This document shows positions 16,246 through 21,656 of a stretch of 21,656 nt of DNA, piece after piece; position 1 is the stretch's first letter; every line of letters begins with the position of its first letter. Both the position numbers and the translations under genes were made by a program. The notes under the pieces are model-generated. The model worked only from the letters and a program-made list of their open reading frames with translations, searched no databases and was not told the origin of the DNA. This DNA is from Promethearchaeia archaeon (GTDB lineage Archaea; Asgardarchaeota; Lokiarchaeia; Sigyniarchaeales; SOKP01): assembly GCA_029856105.1 (NCBI GenBank), contig JAHQWH010000181.1:1-21656 (forward strand), written 5' to 3'.

Positions 16246-17541
16246 TTAATAAAACGGGTTACTCTTCTTTTTTATGCCTTCATAAGAGTCTTGATAATAC
16301 AAAGTATTTGGTGGTACATCTTCCGATACTAAGGTTTGTGCCCCTATTACAGAATTTTCGCCAATTTTTTTACCACACATGATATTAGCATTAATTCCAG
16401 TCTGCACATTAGGTCCAATAATCGCCCCTAATTTTCTCCTCCCTGAATCTATTCTTTTTCCTTTAATTTTAACCCAAACACTTTTATTATCAAATCGTAG
16501 GTTTGATGTTTTCGAACCTGCTCCAAGGTTTACTTTTTCACAGATGATAGAATCTCCCACGTAATTAAAGTGCGGAACATTTGAATTAGAAAAAATAATC
16601 GAATTTTTTACTTCACTTATGCCAATATGACAATTATCACCTACTGATGTATGAGGTCTTATGTATGCATTAGGGCCAATTAAAGTATTTTCTCCAATAA
16701 AACACGGTCCTTGAATGTAACTTCCTGATTTAACATTTGTATTTTTTCCAATATGAACGTTCCCGAAGATGTGAACGTTTTCTTCTACATTACCTAATAT
16801 TGTTCGTTCTATTCGATCTAAAAGAAAGATATTTGCCTCAAATAGTTGCCAGGGTAAGCCAATATCGCTCCAGAAATGATCTTTTATAACATGTCCTATG
16901 ATTTTTCCATTTAATTGATTTATTAAAATCTCCATTGAATCTGTGAATTCGTATTCGTTTCTAACAGATTTTTCTGTTTTCTCAATTGCTTTAAATATCA
17001 AAGGATCAAAGATATAAATTCCAGCATTAGCCAAATTTCCTACGTTTAGATCTGTAGAAGGTTTTTCAACAATTTTTTCTACAAAACCATCAGAATTTAG
17101 TGAAATTATTCCATAATCTTGAGGATTTTTTACTTCTATTAGCGAGATTAAACCCTCAATTTTATTTTCATTGAATTTCCGTAGTGTTTCTTTAAATATT
17201 ATTGGATCTACTAACAAATCGCCATATATCATTAAGAAAGGCTCGTCTTTAATAAAATCCTTGGCATAACCAAAGGCATGTGCCGTACCTAAATATTCTT
17301 CTTGGGTTTTATATTCAATTTTAATTTGAAATTTATCAATTCCATTACCAAAATAGTTTCTAATTATATCTTCTTTATAACCAACAATTAGTAATATTTC
17401 ATCTATTCCTGCTTCTTTCAACCCTAAAATAGTATATTCGAGTAATGGTTTACCTGCGATTGGTATCATAGGCTTTGGACGAGATGAGGTAATTGGCATT
17501 AATCTCATTCCCTTTCCAGCTGCTAATATAACCGATTTCAT
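16246..17541 (-). CDS. glmU: Archaeal bifunctional sugar-1-phosphate nucleotidylyltransferase/acetyltransferase (GlmU-like)
   Basis: VILAAGKG.RL.P.T..RPKPM, Q...LGTAHA, YGD, EKP, NAGIY, S.R.EYE.TD, W.DIG.PW, hexapeptide repeats, EVKNS, PH.NYVGDS, NLGAG...SNLRFD, GRRKLGA. Confidence 0.9.
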   Translation of the reverse strand: MKSVILAAGKGMRLMPITSSRPKPMIPIAGKPLLEYTILGLKEAGIDEILLIVGYKEDIIRNYFGNGIDKFQIKIEYKTQEEYLGTAHAFGYAKDFIKDEPFLMIYGDLLVDPIIFKETLRKFNENKIEGLISLIEVKNPQDYGIISLNSDGFVEKIVEKPSTDLNVGNLANAGIYIFDPLIFKAIEKTEKSVRNEYEFTDSMEILINQLNGKIIGHVIKDHFWSDIGLPWQLFEANIFLLDRIERTILGNVEENVHIFGNVHIGKNTNVKSGSYIQGPCFIGENTLIGPNAYIRPHTSVGDNCHIGISEVKNSIIFSNSNVPHFNYVGDSIICEKVNLGAGSKTSNLRFDNKSVWVKIKGKRIDSGRRKLGAIIGPNVQTGINANIMCGKKIGENSVIGAQTLVSEDVPPNTLYYQDSYEGIKKKSNPFY

Positions 17542-17573
17542 AAATGATCAAATCCAAATCTATTGAAAGCTTT

Positions 17574-19064
17574 TCACACTTTTTCCACACGAAGTATGTG
17601 GCTCTTCCAACCTTCTAATTCGATATATAACCCCTTTTCACGAAGATCTTTTCCTTTGTAAACATACTCGTTCCTTGTAAACAGATCTGTAAACTTCCAG
17701 TCAAAAATTCCAAAATCTATATCTTCTATTATTATATGCGCTTTGGAAGCAATTAAACTATAATTAACAACAATTAATAGTCGATCCTTATCTGTCCACC
17801 ACTGATACGAAATAATATTATTGAAAGAGTTATCACTTGATATGACAGGTTTAACTTTACATAAAGACCATTTTCCATTATCAAACTCTCTTCCGGGAAT
17901 AATTTTTAACAAATTGTCATAGAATTCCATAAGGGCTACATCATCTTCTTCTGTCGCCGCCCTTCCTAATTGAACAGGTAATTTTATTTCGTATCCTCGT
18001 GTTTGACCTTCAAAAATCAATCGAGCACCTGGTAGTGTTGATGTAATAATAACAGCAGCTTTTGAAGCTTCAGTTCCGAACACCGTTATAGCTCTTGGCT
18101 CATCGTGATTCTCAATAAAGCGAAGCAATTTACTTTGGTAACCCCAATCTGCTTTAAGATGTTCGTTAACAATTTGAGCACTATCATTCGCCAAGCGTTC
18201 GTATAGTTTCTTATCATAACAATAATCAAATCCTTGCTGCATCAATTCGAATTCCATATCCCAATACACTTCAGCTATAAACTTAAAATCGGGGAATTCA
18301 TTTTTTACAGCAACGATAATTTCTTCCCAAAATTCTTTTTCAAGAGCTGGACCTGCTTTTTCCCCCCATGTGCGGCTAAAAACGCTATTAGTCATCAACA
18401 TTGCCATATCACATCTAACACCATCACATTGTTGGGCAATCGAAAGTAGCGTGTGAATAGCTTTTGAACGAGCTTCAGATGAAAACGCATTGATTTGCAC
18501 GGTGTCGGTCCAAGGAGGAAAATTTGGATCCCGACCATGGGCATAAACAATATCTCCTAAAGAGAAAAAGTCGTACGGTTTAGAAATTAAATCTTCTAAA
18601 GTTCCTTTTATAAAAACATCTGATTTTTCAAGCGTCCAGAGATGATCTACTGAAACATGGTTGGGAACATAATCTAAAAGCAGCAATATTCCATGGTCAG
18701 CTAATTCTTTGCGAATTGAATTTAAACCGTCTGAACCACCAATGTGAGAACTAACGTGATAATAATATACTGAATATGGCGAACCAATAACATCATCGGT
18801 ATTATAATAATGTAACGCCTTACGGTATTCTTCTTGTAAACCTTCAAAGTTAATCGCAATTTCTCTTCCTATAGGACTTCGTTCCCATACACCCATTAAC
18901 CAAACAACATCATAGGGGGTTAATTCTTGGTCAATTAGTTCAACGGGTAATGTATCTAACTTAATTGAGTGGCCATATATCTCAGATAAATTATTTAACC
19001 ATGGCCATGTGTTTATTTCGTAAATTTTAGGGTGTTTAGGCCATGCAATCTTTTTTAATGACAT
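17574..19064 (-). CDS. Glycoside hydrolase family 13 (alpha-amylase family), no signal peptide evident
   Basis: IYEINT, VWLMGVW, GSPYSV..Y, LLLDYVPNH, DGVRCDMAM (nucleophile Asp), FIAEVYW (acid/base Glu), RFIENHDE. Confidence 0.92.
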   Translation of the reverse strand: MSLKKIAWPKHPKIYEINTWPWLNNLSEIYGHSIKLDTLPVELIDQELTPYDVVWLMGVWERSPIGREIAINFEGLQEEYRKALHYYNTDDVIGSPYSVYYYHVSSHIGGSDGLNSIRKELADHGILLLLDYVPNHVSVDHLWTLEKSDVFIKGTLEDLISKPYDFFSLGDIVYAHGRDPNFPPWTDTVQINAFSSEARSKAIHTLLSIAQQCDGVRCDMAMLMTNSVFSRTWGEKAGPALEKEFWEEIIVAVKNEFPDFKFIAEVYWDMEFELMQQGFDYCYDKKLYERLANDSAQIVNEHLKADWGYQSKLLRFIENHDEPRAITVFGTEASKAAVIITSTLPGARLIFEGQTRGYEIKLPVQLGRAATEEDDVALMEFYDNLLKIIPGREFDNGKWSLCKVKPVISSDNSFNNIISYQWWTDKDRLLIVVNYSLIASKAHIIIEDIDFGIFDWKFTDLFTRNEYVYKGKDLREKGLYIELEGWKSHILRVEKV

Positions 19065-19291
19065 GATTAATTTAGGTTCGATTAATTCTTAGTATTAATG
19101 AATATTAAATATTGCTCCTAATATAAAAAATAAATCCTATTTTAGTTTCAAATTTCGAACAGAAGTTAACGAGTTATTTATTGTTAAGTAATTATTTGGC
19201 AACTTTTTTAAAAATAAATATATATAAATTATTAGACAATCATATCTATAATATCTATAATAAAGAAAAATAAAAGAAGTAGGTATTGAAA

Positions 19292-19855
19292 ATGAGTGAA
19301 GAGAAAGAAGCAATTCGAAAGCTTATAATGCTGATTTCGGATCTACGTGCTAAAGATGAGGAGCGTTATGAAGCTCATGTTAATTTTATGAACGAAACCA
19401 TTAAAATGATTAGTGCAATTGAGTCTCAGATGAATAAACACTGGTCTACTGTGTTAGAATCCCTTAAGGGTTTAAATGAGGATATAAACAATAATTTAGA
19501 CAGTTTACTTACAGGAATAAACCCTAAAGGGCTAAGAGAAACATCCAAATCGCTTCAAGAAATCATGGATACGATGAACAAGAGCGTTCAATCGATGAAT
19601 TTGGAAAAGGTTTTAAGCGAACTTAAAGTTTTAAAGGCTTCTACAGCACCACTCTTACCCGCAATAGCAATTCCTGGAGCGGTTTCTGTAGGACAGCAAC
19701 CAGAACTAATTACAGCTAATCTCAATCTAAATCCTCCGACTGGTGCAGTAGCTTCACAAGAGCCTGAAGTATACGGATTTGTGCCTGGAAAAAAGAAGAA
19801 GAAAGAAGACGAGGACGAACCTCATTTAATGAAACCATCAGATTTATTTAAATAA
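19292..19855 (+). CDS. Hypothetical coiled-coil protein with Pro/Ala-rich tail (possible divergent ESCRT-III-like)
   Basis: 187 aa from ATG 19292 (AGGT SD-like upstream; TTG 19286 is the alternative). About 115 aa of amphipathic helices, then a low-complexity linker and KKKKKEDEDE...KPSDLFK. Confidence is for the CDS, not the function. Confidence 0.85.
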   Translation: MSEEKEAIRKLIMLISDLRAKDEERYEAHVNFMNETIKMISAIESQMNKHWSTVLESLKGLNEDINNNLDSLLTGINPKGLRETSKSLQEIMDTMNKSVQSMNLEKVLSELKVLKASTAPLLPAIAIPGAVSVGQQPELITANLNLNPPTGAVASQEPEVYGFVPGKKKKKEDEDEPHLMKPSDLFK

Positions 19856-19872
19856 GTAATTACTTAATCAAT

Positions 19873-21183
19873 CTAATACTTGTTTTTCAATCTTTCCATA
19901 AAAGGTTCTACACTTTTTTTGACTTGTTCTATGTTTTCGCCTATTTTTTTGAAATTAATAACTATTGAAGGTATATTTAGTTCAGTTTTCATTTTATCCT
20001 TTAATATATCGTATGTTTTTGATATTGAAGGGCACCCATATACTTGGTTGAAAATTAAACCATCTATGTTCATTTTTTTTGCTGCTGCTAAGTATGAATT
20101 CGTCATATTTTCTTTGTTGCATCCAATTCCTTTTGTTGATGCGTTCAATAGAAAACGAGAGTAATCTTCAATGTGGTCGGAATTTTTTGATAAAGGGATT
20201 TCTTCCAACAAACCTAGTAAGTCCCAATCAGCATAAATTATCCTTCCACCCAATTTATAAATAATTTCGTGTACTTCTGGTTCCCACCCTTGGTACATTG
20301 GGGCAAATAACACCCTTGGCATGTGAGAGACGTCCATCCCTATACCTTTTTTGATCCTTTCTCTCATTTCTTTAACTAATTGACTCATATTATTTAAGTA
20401 TCTTTGAGCGTTAGAATTATAATCTTGAAATGTTATTGTTAGAAGCGCGAGAATTTCCGCAAAGGATGCAGGATTACAAGGATAGAAATTTGAAGAGCTG
20501 ATCTCATAAAGAATTGTTTTATAAAATCGTTTTACCTGGTTTCCTATTCGGAATTGTTTTTCTAAGCTATTATCTGTGACGAAATTTCCTGTTATACCCT
20601 CTAAATCACTGATCGCTCTTTTTACACTATTTACCATTTGTTCTAAAGCCATATTTTCATTTTCTGGATTTTTAGGAGGAACTTCAATCGTTATTTGATT
20701 AGGGACTGTTGTTTTTAACGATTCATAAAACTTATTCCATTCACCACAACGCATAGCGAAGTTAAGATTAGCGTCTAAGTTCTTTCCCTTTGATAAATGC
20801 ATTCCATAAAGAGCGTTAATTCCATAGCATAATTCAGAAGGAACGCCGTTGTTAACACCTAATTCGTACATTTCATTATATTTACTATGAATAGAGGTAA
20901 TAACATCTTCAAGAATTTTATCGACAATTTTTAATACATCAAATTGACGAGCAAAATCTAGAAATTTTGATGTTAAACTCCAACCTAACACACTAGTGGC
21001 GGAATTTAACATCAATAGGTACTTATTAACCTCAAACGATTCCATCCGAATTGGAAAAACGGGAATTCCTCCAACGGCAAAAGCTAAATCGGGGAAACCT
21101 AAGGCAACCGAAATTAATTTTTTCTTTTCTTTAAATTTTTTCTTTTTTAGATACTCTCTACCTGTTAAAAAATTATAAGCCAT
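19873..21183 (-). CDS. 2-hydroxyacyl-CoA dehydratase family subunit (HgdA/B, FldB/C-like); true start may be ATT at 21285
   Basis: P.L..A.G.IP, three candidate Fe-S Cys (ELCYG, MRCGE, YGCPS), LE.ITG...T...L, GGRII..D, IDGLIF, ELNIPSI, E.F.E.L C-terminus. Confidence 0.82.
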   Translation of the reverse strand: MAYNFLTGREYLKKKKFKEKKKLISVALGFPDLAFAVGGIPVFPIRMESFEVNKYLLMLNSATSVLGWSLTSKFLDFARQFDVLKIVDKILEDVITSIHSKYNEMYELGVNNGVPSELCYGINALYGMHLSKGKNLDANLNFAMRCGEWNKFYESLKTTVPNQITIEVPPKNPENENMALEQMVNSVKRAISDLEGITGNFVTDNSLEKQFRIGNQVKRFYKTILYEISSSNFYPCNPASFAEILALLTITFQDYNSNAQRYLNNMSQLVKEMRERIKKGIGMDVSHMPRVLFAPMYQGWEPEVHEIIYKLGGRIIYADWDLLGLLEEIPLSKNSDHIEDYSRFLLNASTKGIGCNKENMTNSYLAAAKKMNIDGLIFNQVYGCPSISKTYDILKDKMKTELNIPSIVINFKKIGENIEQVKKSVEPFMERLKNKY

Positions 21184-21345
21184 TTTAAGAACAGAGGTAA
21201 AACTTACAACATCATCAGCGTATATGCTCGTTTTAAAACCAACTCTAGTTACTAATAAAAATTGAGAATTTTCTTCAGTTACAATTTAAAATTAGTTATT
21301 TAAATGTAATAAAATTTATGAGGTAAATTACATAGGTTTATGATT

Positions 21346-21477
21346 TTATTTGAACATCTTTATAAAAACTCCAAGATGAGTTTTTATTTCTTCGATTTTT
21401 TCTTCAATTTTATTAGATATAATTGTTATTGATGGTATTTCAAGTACTCGACATAATTTTTCTTTTAACATAACATA
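21346..21477 (-). pseudogene. C-terminal remnant of a second 2-hydroxyacyl-CoA dehydratase subunit gene
   Basis: Hand translation YVMLKEKLCRVLEIPSITIISNKIEEKIEEIKTHLGVFIKMFK* aligns without gaps to the neighbour's C-terminus YDILKDKMKTELNIPSIVINFKKIGENIEQVKKSVEPFMERLK. Preceded by in-frame stops (TAG at 21480-21478), with no similarity seen further upstream. Confidence 0.8.
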
Positions 21478-21656
21478 CTACTCTTAGAAGTTTTATTCTA
21501 ATACTCGAATATTATCTCGGATTTGAAATTATTTATATTTCATGGTTTACTTCTTGAAATTCGAATGTTTCCGCAAATATAAGAGTTAAGCAAGATTTAA
21601 TTGTATATAAAATGTATTATAAACCAAGAAAATGAAAATGTGAAAAAATTTGATCA

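Noticed and set aside
19185-19862. 10-bp direct repeat TAAGTAATTA flanking the coiled-coil gene (possible target-site duplication), and tandem ATATCTATA at 19242-19259
   Set aside because: Short AT-rich matches, with no transposase or terminal inverted repeats; chance or promoter-related.
4886-21178. Other 60-94 aa ORFs in the track overlapping long genes (e.g. 6069, 6276, 7461, 11788, 15809, 16379, 18234, 19880, 20996)
   Set aside because: All lie antisense within well-supported CDSs and are the expected shadow ORFs.
1-21656. CRISPR arrays, tRNA/rRNA, IS elements, defence systems
   Set aside because: No regularly spaced repeats, no GC-rich structured RNA segments, and no transposase, integrase or nuclease motifs seen. 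The MazG-like gene has no defence-associated neighbours.

Overview
AT-rich (roughly 30% GC by eye), gene-dense archaeal chromosome segment. Archaeal-type GlmU/GlmM, a GGAGGTGA Shine-Dalgarno site and TATA-like boxes about 25-30 nt before start codons point to Archaea. The overall style suggests Asgard/Lokiarchaeia, but that is an impression, not verified. Contents in order: (1) purine cluster purC, a small membrane ORF, purS-purQ-purL (purL runs off the left edge and is missing from the ORF track); (2) a MazG/dCTPase-like pyrophosphohydrolase and an alpha/beta hydrolase; (3) a co-oriented trio of an alkyl-DHAP-synthase-like flavoprotein, a ferredoxin/CCG Fe-S protein and a compact FGGY kinase; (4) a helical-repeat hypothetical protein; (5) amino-sugar genes glmM/nagB/glmS/glmU in alternating orientation; (6) a GH13 glycoside hydrolase; (7) an orphan coiled-coil protein with a local resemblance to CHMP1/Vps46-type ESCRT-III; (8) a 2-hydroxyacyl-CoA dehydratase subunit that may start at a non-canonical ATT, preceded by a C-terminal remnant of a paralog. 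No RNA genes, CRISPR arrays or mobile elements were seen. The best candidates for new biology are the AGPS-like module (with an in-frame TGA-ATG junction) and the ESCRT-III-like orphan. All homology statements come from remembered motifs, not from searches.
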